Program-made: the position numbers and the translations under genes
The notes under the pieces: model-generated
Database searches by the model: none
What the model was told of the DNA's origin: nothing
Seen by the model: the letters and a program-made list of their open reading frames with translations, nothing else
Shown here: positions 49,800 through 58,764 of the stretch, piece by piece
Position numbering within the stretch: the stretch's first letter is position 1
How the letters are laid out: each line of letters starts with the position of its first letter
NCBI GenBank assembly: GCA_016204385.1
Contig: JACQKW010000015.1
Location: 98,155 to 162,154 of the forward strand
Direction of reading: 5' to 3'
Origin: Candidatus Liptonbacteria bacterium
GTDB taxonomy: Bacteria; Patescibacteriota; Minisyncoccia; UBA6257; 2-01-FULL-56-20
Length of the DNA: 64,000 nucleotides

Positions 49800-49884
49800 C
49801 GGGCTTGCACAAGCTGGATTTTCGTGATTTACTTCCGGTCAGCAGAAACCGGATTCTTTAAAACTTCAGCAAGGAGGGTGCGCG

Positions 49885-50445
49885 ATGCTTGTGGTTCGGC
49901 GCGAAGACGAAGTGAAAGCTTTTCCTCACGCAGCGGGGTTTGTTACGGCGCTCACGGGCGAGAAAGACTTTGCCGGAGCGAATCTCGCGATCGTCCGGCT
50001 CTTTGGGCCCGATCTGCCGCACTATCACGAAGCGAGAACCGAATTCTACTACATCGCGGAGGGTCTCGGGACGCTTGTCGTGGGCCGCGAAGTCATCTCG
50101 GTGAAGCCCCGCACGGCCGTCATCGTCCCGCCGCGGACCGCCCACCACCTCATTCCCCATTCCGCGGTCAAGCTCCATGTTTTCTCCGTCCCGGCATGGA
50201 GCGAACACGATGAACACTTCATTGATCCCGACCACCCCATGCACGGCTACTCGCTTTTTCGGGAGAAAGTCGAGCTGGTGAACGAGCTCGTGAGGCGCGC
50301 AGATCTCGAACTTCCGCCAGGAATATCGGGGGAACGACTTGAAGAGTTCACTGCCCTGCGGATGAAGCTCGTCTCGGACGAGGGATGGGATACTATGAAC
50401 GTCGCCGAACTTCGGGAACTGCTTGTCCGCAAGGAGAATGCGTAG
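49885..50445 (+). CDS. Cupin domain protein
   Basis: HYH....EFYY...G.G and PPRTAH cupin motifs; AAGGAGG RBS; terminator near 50459-50486. Confidence 0.8.
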   Translation: MLVVRREDEVKAFPHAAGFVTALTGEKDFAGANLAIVRLFGPDLPHYHEARTEFYYIAEGLGTLVVGREVISVKPRTAVIVPPRTAHHLIPHSAVKLHVFSVPAWSEHDEHFIDPDHPMHGYSLFREKVELVNELVRRADLELPPGISGERLEEFTALRMKLVSDEGWDTMNVAELRELLVRKENA

Positions 50446-50488
50446 GGAGAACCTTTCGGCGCGCGAGCAATCGCGCGCTTTTTTTGCT

Positions 50489-50517
50489 TGACAAAATAAA
50501 AAATTCAGTTTAAGATA
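50489..50517 (+). promoter_or_regulatory. sigma70 promoter of IMPase-NUDIX operon
   Basis: TTGACA-17 nt-TAAGAT. Confidence 0.7.
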
Positions 50518-50588
50518 TCGCAGCGTCTTTAAGCACCTTGAATCCTGAATAACGAACCCTTTCTCGTCTCGACCCAAAAGGAGCGGCT

Positions 50589-51383
50589 ATGTTTGTATAT
50601 TTGGAAGCATTCCGTAGAATCGAGTCGGAAGTGTGTAAGGCGCTTCTCGCAAAACAGCGCCAGTCGAAGAAAGTCGGGGTTTCCGTACGAGATTTCGTTA
50701 CGGACGCCGACCATCTCTCGGACGACCTGATCCGTACAGCGCTCGCAAGGGAGTTTCCCGAAATTCCCTACTACTCTGAAGAAATGCCGATCGAGAGTGT
50801 GCGCTTAGGGAAGTGTTTCGTGGTGGACCCGATTGACGGCACGACGAACTTCTACTACGGGGATGACGGGAACTACTGGGGCGTATCAATCGCGCTCATC
50901 GAGGACGATTATCCTCTGGAGGGCGTCGTGATCCGCCCGGGAACCCATGAGTGCTGGGATGCCGTCTCGTTTGAGAGAACTATATGTTATTCCATGTCTC
51001 GGCCGGTCACGATCGACCTAAACCGCATGGGCGTGAGCAGCGAGACGGATCTCCAACACTCCCGCGTCTGGATCGACCCCGCGAAAGGAGACCTCAAGCT
51101 CTTCCGCGCGATGCGCGAGAAGCTCGAGGAGTGCACCACGCTCCCGCAGACCCGCATCGTCTGCACCATCTCTATGATGCAGATCCCGATGGGACGGATC
51201 GACGGCTATGTCCACCCCGGCCCCATGCCGGAGGACATCGCCGCCGCGATGCTCGTCGTCGAGGCCGCGGGTGGCCGCGTCACGAATCTCAAGGGGAAGC
51301 GCTACCGCGTCTTCTCCCGCGAGCCGATGGTGGCCACGAACGGAAAGATCCACGAACCGCTTCTCGAGCTTCTCAACCAGTAA
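50589..51383 (+). CDS. Inositol monophosphatase (SuhB/FIG) family
   Basis: DFVTDAD, SEE, DPIDGTTNF and DIAAA..V.AAGG.V motifs. Confidence 0.88.
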   Translation: MFVYLEAFRRIESEVCKALLAKQRQSKKVGVSVRDFVTDADHLSDDLIRTALAREFPEIPYYSEEMPIESVRLGKCFVVDPIDGTTNFYYGDDGNYWGVSIALIEDDYPLEGVVIRPGTHECWDAVSFERTICYSMSRPVTIDLNRMGVSSETDLQHSRVWIDPAKGDLKLFRAMREKLEECTTLPQTRIVCTISMMQIPMGRIDGYVHPGPMPEDIAAAMLVVEAAGGRVTNLKGKRYRVFSREPMVATNGKIHEPLLELLNQ

Positions 51384-51407
51384 CAATCCCGAAAAAGGAG
51401 GTGTGTC

Positions 51408-52145
51408 TTGAAAATCGAAGCGCATCCAGTCCTCGGATGGCCGATCGTAACGGCAGCGAACTGCTTCGACGTGATCCGCTCTTTGGGCATCAAGCCGTGG
51501 CAGCAGGTCCGGGAACCCGAACCTCTCGATTCCTTCCTCTCTCACGCGACCGAGCCGGAGAAGGACGAGTACCGACGGTTCGGCCCCAAGAACTTCGTCG
51601 TCCGCTACCGGAATCCCCACACGGGTGAACCGTTCAACGGCTTCCGGTCCGTCTTCAAGCCCGCGGCCGTGGTTTTCGCCCTCCTCGACGAGCACGTTCC
51701 CGTGACCGCGGAGTGGAAGCACGGGAATGATCGGATCACGATCGTCCCCGTGGCCGGCGTCCCGGGCAAGAAGGAAGCGGAACTTCCCACGCTCGCCGAT
51801 CGCATGCGAGCCACCGCCATCCGTGAGTGGAACGAAGAGACCGGCACCGAGCTCTCATCGGTGACACCGCTCTCTCCCCCGAGCGGCATCTACTCCGCGG
51901 TCCGGCCTGCGGAGATCCAGTACTTCCCGTTCGTGGGCAGGGTCAAGGAACCGGTCGTGAAAGGACCGACTAAGTTCGACGCGAACGAGCACCTGAAGAT
52001 GGTTCTCTTCTCGCTCAATGAGTGGCTCGCGCTCATCGAAACCAACGAACTCTGGGATCAGCGTCCCGAGTTCGGGCTCGAAATGTGTGCGCGCGACGTG
52101 ACCTACGCCGCGCTCCGCGAGCTCGAGCGACTCAAGTTCGTCTAG
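51408..52145 (+). CDS. NUDIX hydrolase (ADP-ribose pyrophosphatase-like, divergent)
   Basis: AG......A.REWNEETG Nudix box; AAGGAGGTG RBS. Confidence 0.75.
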   Translation: MKIEAHPVLGWPIVTAANCFDVIRSLGIKPWQQVREPEPLDSFLSHATEPEKDEYRRFGPKNFVVRYRNPHTGEPFNGFRSVFKPAAVVFALLDEHVPVTAEWKHGNDRITIVPVAGVPGKKEAELPTLADRMRATAIREWNEETGTELSSVTPLSPPSGIYSAVRPAEIQYFPFVGRVKEPVVKGPTKFDANEHLKMVLFSLNEWLALIETNELWDQRPEFGLEMCARDVTYAALRELERLKFV

Positions 52146-52158
52146 ACAGTACACCACA

Positions 52159-52190
52159 GGGGGCATCCGGATTCCGGATGCCCCATTTTT
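52159..52190 (+). terminator. Terminator hairpin between convergent genes
   Basis: GGGGCATCCGG-ATT-CCGGATGCCCC followed by a T tract. Confidence 0.75.
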
Positions 52191-55100
52191 TATATTTTCT
52201 TCACCGCAACCCAGATCGGCACACCATCGAGTTTTGAATCAAGCTCCGCATCGAACTTATCGGTTTTTTTATAGTAGATTGTCCGCGCGCCCACTTCGTG
52301 AAGAAACGCTTGTTCGGCGCCCTGAAGAATTGATTGGACGTGGCTGGGCAGCGCGAAATAAATCTCTATTTTATCCCTTGGTTTAAGTCCCGCATCCTGC
52401 CGTAAGTCCTGCACCATGCGCACCATTTCCCGCACCATGCCTTCCCTTTTAAGCTCCAGCGTGATTGCGGTATCAAGCGCAACATCTTCTTTCGTGTTGC
52501 GATCAAATTTGATCTCTTTTACATTCACTTCATCCGCTAAAATTTCGAGTAGTTCCTTACGATTTGCCATTTGCCTGCCCGCTTCGCGTTGCGACCTGCC
52601 CGACTTGCCTTCGGCAACTCGAAGGCTGGCGGGAGCAAGGCGGGCGGGCCATTTGCTATTTGCCGCGACGCGAAGCGCCGCAAGCGGTTGCCTCACTTTT
52701 ATGCCTGCCTCGGCGCGTTTGGCGAGCGCCACGCTTGCGATGCGCCGCACCTCTTCCATCGCGGCGATAAGCGCTTTGCCATTTGCCCTTTGCCCTTTGC
52801 GAAGTATTGGCCAGTCCGCAAGGTGCGGAGAGAGCGCAGTTTTCACATTCCCCTTGAGTTCACCGTAAAGGAATTCCGCAAAAAAGGGCGTGAAAGGCGA
52901 AATGAGAAGCGTGAGCTCATGCAAGACATGGCCAAGCGTAACCGAGGCATCGTTAAAATCTTTTCCTTTATCCATATTCTTCCCGGCTCCCTGTCGTTCC
53001 GGCTGGAATCTTCGGCGCGAACGGCGGATATACCAGCGCGAGAGGTCATCAACAAGCGCCTCGAGCGCAAGCGCCGCGCCCCGAACGTCGTAGGATTCGA
53101 GCGAATCGGTCGTCTTTTTCTTGGTTTCTTCAAGCCGCGCAAGGATCCATTTGTCTAAGATATTGTTGGATGTTGGATGTTGGATGTTGGATGTTTTTGA
53201 TCTGACATCTAACTTCTCACGTCCTACATCGAACGCCTTACCATACGTCTTGTAAAACACGAGCGAGTTATAGAGAAGAAGATGAAATCGCCGATATGCC
53301 TTAAGGACATCGGCTTCTTCGAAATTCATCGGCTCGCCGGCGGGTTTTACGGTATAGAAATACCAGCGCACGGCGTCAACGCCGTATTTTTCCATCATGC
53401 GCCACGGGTCAACCACGTTCCCCTTCGACTTCGACATTTTCTTTCCGTGCATGTCGTGGAGAAGCCCGAGCGATATGACGTTCTTATACGGGCGCTCGCG
53501 GCCAAGTGCGGTTGCGACCGCAAGGAGCGTATAGAACCACCCCCTCGTCTGGTCCATCGCCTCAGTGATGTAGTCGGCCGGATACTCATTCGGTAGGGTT
53601 GGGCGTTGGATGTGAGAAGTTGGATGTTGCGCGAAGGGCCAGTGCGCTTGCGCAAACGGCATCGCGCCGGAATCGAACCACGCGTCGGCGAGTTCCGTGA
53701 CGCGGCGCATCTCGCCGCGGCATTTACCGCACGGAAACCCGCACTCGTCTATAAACGGGCGGTGCAGGTCTACGAGACCGGATTCATTTCTCGGCAATAC
53801 CTTCAGTTCCAACTTTCGCGCCTCGCCCACGCGCACAAAATCCTTGCCGGGCTCTCCGGCGTTCCCCTTCCTCAAAATCGTTTCTCGCTCGTCCCACCCT
53901 TCTCCCGCGTGGAAAAGCATCCAGATGGGATATTCGTGGCTCACGAGCAGGATGCGTTTCCCCTTGTGTGTCCGCTCGAGTTCAGAAAGCAGTTTCCACG
54001 CCCTCGCCCGGAGGTCACGGAGCGACTCGCCCCCCTCGGGACGCTTCTCAAAACGCATTTCGAGCGTCGGGTAGAGCGCGCCGTACTCCTCGCTGCGGCA
54101 ACCCGAAAGTTTGCCAAGGTGTATTTCATGCAAGCGCGGATCGAAAATAACTTTTTTGATTCCGAGCACGCCTGCCGCAATCTCCGCGGTCTCTTTCGTC
54201 CGGAGTATGTCCGATGAGATAAGCACTTCGATGCCCGCTTTTTTGAGTCGCTCGGCAGTTTGTTTCACTTGGTCGCGCCCGATGGTGGTGAGATGATACT
54301 GTTTCTGTCCGGAATCAATGAGTTTAAGGAGTTGGATCTCTGATTCGCCGTGCCGGAGAACCCAATACTCGTTTTTTGCTTTCCCGGCGCGCGTTCTCAA
54401 CTCCTCGACGCCGCCGATCACCTCGGTCGCCGCGCATGTGCCGCACCTCCATATGGGGAGCGGCGTGCCCCAATACCGCTCGCGCGAAAAATTCCAGTCC
54501 TTCACGTCGCGGAGCCACTCGCCGAAGCGCCCCTCTCTAAGATGCAGCGGCACCCAATTGATTTTTTTGTTTTCCTTGAGCAATTTCCCTCGGAGCTTGC
54601 TCATCGCGACGAACCACGATTTCCGCGCATAGTAGATGAGCGGCGTCCCGCACCGCCAGCAAAATGGGTACTCGTGTGTATACGGTTGGGTAGCAAAAAG
54701 CAAATCGCGCTTTTTGAGATATGAAAAAATTTTTTCTTCGGTTTTTTTATCCTTCACCGCAAGTCCGGAAAGCCCCAGAACATCCTTTGTGAACTTTCCT
54801 TCTTCGCTTACGGTATGGCGCTGCGGCAGATCGTTGTTAACGCCTAGTTGATAGTCATCTTCGCCGTACATTACCGCAGTGTGCACCACCCCCGTGCCTT
54901 CGTCGGTCGTCACGAAATCCGCGGCATAGATTTTGTGAGAGTTCTTATTGCGCAATGATTTCACATCAAAAAGCGGCTCGTAGGAAAGCCCAGCAAGGTC
55001 ACTGCCCTTGAAATCCTTGATGTTAGTGAACTTCCCAATAACCTTTCCAGCCATCACAATATCTGCCACGCTTTGATTTCCTTGCGGATGACGCGCTTCA

Positions 55101-56005
55101 ACGCCAAGGATTCTTTTGTCGGCGTCATCGGTTGCCGCAAAGATATACGTTTCTCCTTCCTTTAAGGGAAGGTTTGGGACGTCAATACTTTGAACCGTAA
55201 CGCTCATATATCGAATATTCCTCCCCACCGCGAGTGCAACATTCCCGGGCAGCGTCCATGGTGTGGTCGTCCAAGACAAGACATATGTATTCGGCGCGAT
55301 TCGCGCTTTGCGATTCGCGCTTTGCGATCTAAGCTTGAATTTCACATAGACCGACTGATCCGTTGCCTCCTCGTACCCTTGCGCCAGTTCGTGCGAGGAG
55401 AGCGCCGTGCCGCATCGGGTGCACCACGGCACCACTTTGTGCCCCTCATAGAGAAGTTTCTTCTTCCAAAACTCTTTGATGGTCCACCAGAGCGTTTCAA
55501 TATAGCTTGTCTCGTATGTCACATATGGATTCTTAAGGTCGAGCCAAAATCCCATCCGCTCGGTGAGCTTTTCCCACTCGTCTTTGTACTTCCAAACGGA
55601 TTCGCGGCATTTTTGGTTGAACTCCGCGATGCCATATTTTTCAATATCCTTCTTTGATGTGAGCCCCAGCGCCTTCTCCACCTCAATCTCCACCGGCAGG
55701 CCGTGCGTGTCCCAACCGCCCCTCCGCGGCACGAAAAAACCGCGCATGGTCTTGTAGCGAAGGATGATGTCCTTGAAGGAACGCGCGAGGACGTGATGGA
55801 TGCCGGGCCGCCCGTTCGCAGTCGGCGGCCCTTCAAAAAACACAAAGTGTTTTTTGCCCTGAGCCTGTCGAAGGGCGATCGTTTTTTCGAAAATCCGGTG
55901 CGTTTTCCAGAACTTCAAAATCTGTTCTTCTTCCTTAGGCAGGTGGAACGCTCCCGGAGAAGAAAACGCCGGGGCGTCTCCCGTAGGGATACCGTTATCT
56001 CTCAT
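52190..56005 (-). CDS. ileS: Isoleucine--tRNA ligase (type 2) with inserted histidine-phosphatase domain and several in-frame repeat insertions
   Basis: EGPPTANG.PGIHH, GWDTHGLP, WTTTPWTLP, SR.RYWGTP, DQTRGWF and KMSKS motifs; likely start ATG 56005. Confidence 0.96.
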   Translation of the reverse strand: MRDNGIPTGDAPAFSSPGAFHLPKEEEQILKFWKTHRIFEKTIALRQAQGKKHFVFFEGPPTANGRPGIHHVLARSFKDIILRYKTMRGFFVPRRGGWDTHGLPVEIEVEKALGLTSKKDIEKYGIAEFNQKCRESVWKYKDEWEKLTERMGFWLDLKNPYVTYETSYIETLWWTIKEFWKKKLLYEGHKVVPWCTRCGTALSSHELAQGYEEATDQSVYVKFKLRSQSANRKARIAPNTYVLSWTTTPWTLPGNVALAVGRNIRYMSVTVQSIDVPNLPLKEGETYIFAATDDADKRILGVEARHPQGNQSVADIVMAGKVIGKFTNIKDFKGSDLAGLSYEPLFDVKSLRNKNSHKIYAADFVTTDEGTGVVHTAVMYGEDDYQLGVNNDLPQRHTVSEEGKFTKDVLGLSGLAVKDKKTEEKIFSYLKKRDLLFATQPYTHEYPFCWRCGTPLIYYARKSWFVAMSKLRGKLLKENKKINWVPLHLREGRFGEWLRDVKDWNFSRERYWGTPLPIWRCGTCAATEVIGGVEELRTRAGKAKNEYWVLRHGESEIQLLKLIDSGQKQYHLTTIGRDQVKQTAERLKKAGIEVLISSDILRTKETAEIAAGVLGIKKVIFDPRLHEIHLGKLSGCRSEEYGALYPTLEMRFEKRPEGGESLRDLRARAWKLLSELERTHKGKRILLVSHEYPIWMLFHAGEGWDERETILRKGNAGEPGKDFVRVGEARKLELKVLPRNESGLVDLHRPFIDECGFPCGKCRGEMRRVTELADAWFDSGAMPFAQAHWPFAQHPTSHIQRPTLPNEYPADYITEAMDQTRGWFYTLLAVATALGRERPYKNVISLGLLHDMHGKKMSKSKGNVVDPWRMMEKYGVDAVRWYFYTVKPAGEPMNFEEADVLKAYRRFHLLLYNSLVFYKTYGKAFDVGREKLDVRSKTSNIQHPTSNNILDKWILARLEETKKKTTDSLESYDVRGAALALEALVDDLSRWYIRRSRRRFQPERQGAGKNMDKGKDFNDASVTLGHVLHELTLLISPFTPFFAEFLYGELKGNVKTALSPHLADWPILRKGQRANGKALIAAMEEVRRIASVALAKRAEAGIKVRQPLAALRVAANSKWPARLAPASLRVAEGKSGRSQREAGRQMANRKELLEILADEVNVKEIKFDRNTKEDVALDTAITLELKREGMVREMVRMVQDLRQDAGLKPRDKIEIYFALPSHVQSILQGAEQAFLHEVGARTIYYKKTDKFDAELDSKLDGVPIWVAVKKI
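52574..52648. mobile_element. Nested 36-nt + 39-nt CCTGCC...GGCGGG palindromic elements inside ileS
   Basis: Inner element 52595-52633; removing all 75 nt restores a CCATTTG heptamer array. Confidence 0.75.
53164..53235. repeat. Inverted heptamer arrays inside ileS
   Basis: (TGTTGGA)4 then TCTGACA TCTAACT TCTCACG TCCTACA TCGAACG. Confidence 0.8.
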
Positions 56006-56040
56006 TTTAAAATTCCGCATGCGTGTGGTATCATACAACA

Positions 56041-56147
56041 GTTCCAAAACGGTGAACCGATTGGTTGTGGGACTACTCCCGTTCTACCTGCATGCGTAGT
56101 CCCACGGTTGCGGGAAATCGTTCCCGCGGCCCACCGTTCTTTTTTTT
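56041..56147 (+). ncRNA. Candidate structured small RNA 1
   Basis: TGn-TATCAT -10 at 56029; closing stem AACGGTG/CACCGTT enclosing two hairpins; U8 tract. Confidence 0.55.
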
Positions 56148-56213
56148 CTTTCAATATGTCCATCATAGAAAATATTCCGCCTTTTGACAAAAACCGCATC
56201 CGCGATACCCTAT

Positions 56214-56341
56214 AAGCGGCGGTCCTTGTGGGGAATGCGGGAATGGCGACGGCGCTCTTCTGTCCCGACCGACGATCGAGGACGTGGGGAAACCGGCATT
56301 TCCGCATCTGTTGGGGCGTTCCCGACAGCCGCCGCTTTTTT
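56214..56341 (+). ncRNA. Candidate structured small RNA 2
   Basis: TTGACA at 56184; closing stem AAGCGGCGG/CCGCCGCTT enclosing two hairpins; U tract. Confidence 0.55.
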
Positions 56342-56353
56342 ATTTTTTATGCA

Positions 56354-58048
56354 TTACATCCGCTCGGGCGCTTTGATTCCCAATAATCCCAGTCCTTTTG
56401 ATAATACCTCCGCCGCGGCACGCAAGAGCGAAAGCCGCGCATTTTTCCTCGGCACATTTTCGTCTTTGAGTATCGGCGTGGATTCGTAATAACCGTTTAC
56501 GAGGTTCGCAAGCTTAAACAGATATTCCGCGAGACCGTTCGTCGCATACGTTTCCACCGCGCGTTCAAGCGCATACGGCAGCTCAAAAAGATGGCGGATG
56601 AGCGAAAGTTCTTCGTCAGTTTCGAGCGTCGAGAAATCTGGAGCGCCAATCTTTCCCGCTTTTCGCCCGATGCTTCGTATGCGCGCATGCGAGTATTGCA
56701 GATACGGCGCACTATTTCCCCTCACCGAGAGCATTTTTCCCCAGTCGAACACAATGTCCGTGCTCCTGTGTTCCTTAAGGTCGTTGTATTTGAGCGCCCC
56801 GATTCCCGTCATTTCCGCAATTTCCGCTTTTTCTTTCTCCGGAAGTTCCGGATTTTTCTCTTCGACAATCTTCCGCGCGAGCGACACCGCCTTATTGACA
56901 AGCTCATCGAGCGGAATGGTCTTCCCCTCGCGGGTCGAAAGCTTCTTCTTATCCTCCCCGAGCACAAGCCCGAACTTTACATGCGCGATTTTCTCCGCAT
57001 CCCATCCAAGGAGCTTCGCCGCCGCGGCAAGCTGCGAGAAGTGGAGTGCCTGCTGGTTCGCCACCACGTAGAGAATTTTCTCGGGCGCATATTTCTCAAG
57101 GCGCAACTTCAAAACCGCAAGCTCTCTCGTGAAATACACGCTTGCCTCGTCTGATTTCCTTATGAGTGCGGGCGGGAGGTGAAACTCATCAAGCGGAATA
57201 ATCACTGCTCCCTCGCTTTCTTTTGCAATCCCTTTCTTGAGCAACTCGGCGACGATCGCAGGGAGGTCTTTTTCGTAATCGCTCTCGCCGCTCACCACAT
57301 CGAACGTTACGCCTAACTTTTCATACGTTTCCCCGAATTCGCGAACCGATTCCCGTCGGAACCATTCCCATAATTTCCGATTTTCGGCGTCGCCATGTTC
57401 AAGCTTTCTGAATTCCTCCTGGCCGCGGCGCAGAAGCGCGGGGTCTTTTTCCTCCTCGCCGTGAAAACGCACATAGAGCAGAACGAGCGCGTCAATCGGC
57501 GCTTCTTTCACTTCCTTTTCTTTCCCCCACATTTTGTACGCCGCGATGAGCTTGCCGAACTGCGTGCCCCAATCGCCAAGGTAGTTCCAGCGGATCACGG
57601 TATATCCCAAAAATTCATGGATATTCGCGAGCGCGTCGCCGATGATCGTCGAGCGCAAATGCCCCACGTGCATCGGCTTTGCGATGTTCGGGGAAGAATA
57701 TTCGACGATCACTTTCTTTCCCCGCCCGACATCCTTCGCGCCAAATTTTTTATCGGTACGGAAATCACGAAACGCGTCGCGCTGCGCCTGCGCGGATACC
57801 CAGAAATTTATGAACCCGGGCGGGGCAACCTCGATCTTTTCGAAAAAATCCCGTGGGACGCGCGATTTGATCGCGTGCATAAGCTCCTCCGCAAGCGCAA
57901 CCGGCTCTTTTCCCTCGCGCTTCGCGCGAACCATCGCGAGGTTCGTTGAATAATGACCCTGCGCTTCTTGCTCAGGAATAGTAACGCTAACCGAGATATC
58001 CCCAGGTGAGACCTGTTCGAGCAGCTGTGTAATGATTTTTTTAAGCAT
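56354..58048 (-). CDS. argS: Arginine--tRNA ligase
   Basis: PGFINF, EYSSPNIAKPMHVGH, GDWGTQFG, PYLQYSHAR and PERM end. Confidence 0.97.
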   Translation of the reverse strand: MLKKIITQLLEQVSPGDISVSVTIPEQEAQGHYSTNLAMVRAKREGKEPVALAEELMHAIKSRVPRDFFEKIEVAPPGFINFWVSAQAQRDAFRDFRTDKKFGAKDVGRGKKVIVEYSSPNIAKPMHVGHLRSTIIGDALANIHEFLGYTVIRWNYLGDWGTQFGKLIAAYKMWGKEKEVKEAPIDALVLLYVRFHGEEEKDPALLRRGQEEFRKLEHGDAENRKLWEWFRRESVREFGETYEKLGVTFDVVSGESDYEKDLPAIVAELLKKGIAKESEGAVIIPLDEFHLPPALIRKSDEASVYFTRELAVLKLRLEKYAPEKILYVVANQQALHFSQLAAAAKLLGWDAEKIAHVKFGLVLGEDKKKLSTREGKTIPLDELVNKAVSLARKIVEEKNPELPEKEKAEIAEMTGIGALKYNDLKEHRSTDIVFDWGKMLSVRGNSAPYLQYSHARIRSIGRKAGKIGAPDFSTLETDEELSLIRHLFELPYALERAVETYATNGLAEYLFKLANLVNGYYESTPILKDENVPRKNARLSLLRAAAEVLSKGLGLLGIKAPERM

Positions 58049-58323
58049 ATGAGGATTGACGCATCGCTTCTCCTGCGGGTACGCTTAAATGAGAACGATT
58101 TGAGCGACGGCGCTTGAGGATCCCGCCATACGCCTGGGCGAAAGAACGTAGCGGCGAAACCGAGAGTTCGAGCGAAACCCCGCACATTGCGTTTCCTTCT
58201 CTCTCCTGCTCCCCTAGTCCTTCCACCTCATCAAATCCTCGCCCGTCGCTCTTTTTATCTCTTTCATTATCCATGATGCGCTCCCAAGGCGCAATTTTTT
58301 TGACCTTGCGCTAATATGAAAGA

Positions 58324-58764
58324 ATGAAGGTGCTCTCGGAGAACCGCCGCGCGAAATTCGACTATGAAACGCTCGATACCTACGAAGCAGGCATCGAGCT
58401 TTTGGGAACCGAAGTAAAAAGCGCAAAACTTGGGCGGATAAATTTATCGGGCGGACATGCCATTGTGCGCAAAGATGGGGTGTGGCTCGTGGGGATAGAA
58501 ATTCCCGCCTATCAGCCGAAGAACGCGCCCCAGGATTTCGACGCAAAACGCACGCGCCGGCTCCTGCTCCATGCATCTGAAATAAAAAATCTTATCGGCA
58601 AGCTTCACGAAAAGGGGCTCTCGCTTATTCCCCTTCGCGCATATCTCAAAAACAGTTTGGTCAAGATCGAACTTGGTCTCGCGAGGAGCCGAAAGAAGCA
58701 CGACAAGCGCGAACTCCTCGCGCGCCGCGCCCACGAACGCGAAATAAGGGAACGGGAACGCTAA
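58324..58764 (+). CDS. smpB: SsrA-binding protein
   Basis: NRRA.FDY, EAGIEL.GTEVKS, R.R.LLLH..EI and DKRE motifs. Confidence 0.96.
   Translation: MKVLSENRRAKFDYETLDTYEAGIELLGTEVKSAKLGRINLSGGHAIVRKDGVWLVGIEIPAYQPKNAPQDFDAKRTRRLLLHASEIKNLIGKLHEKGLSLIPLRAYLKNSLVKIELGLARSRKKHDKRELLARRAHEREIRERER

Noticed and set aside
53164-53235. CRISPR array or phase-variable SSR
   Set aside because: No repeat-spacer structure or cas genes; units are degenerate and inverted, and a single-unit slip would break an essential gene.
56005-56353. T-box riboswitch upstream of ileS
   Set aside because: No T-box consensus (AAGGTGGTACC-like) on the minus strand; G-U pairs and U tracts favour plus-strand structures.
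58041-58274. 77-aa minus-strand ORF or tmRNA next to smpB
   Set aside because: No recognisable motif or RBS, and no tRNA-like ends or tag reading frame; left uncalled.
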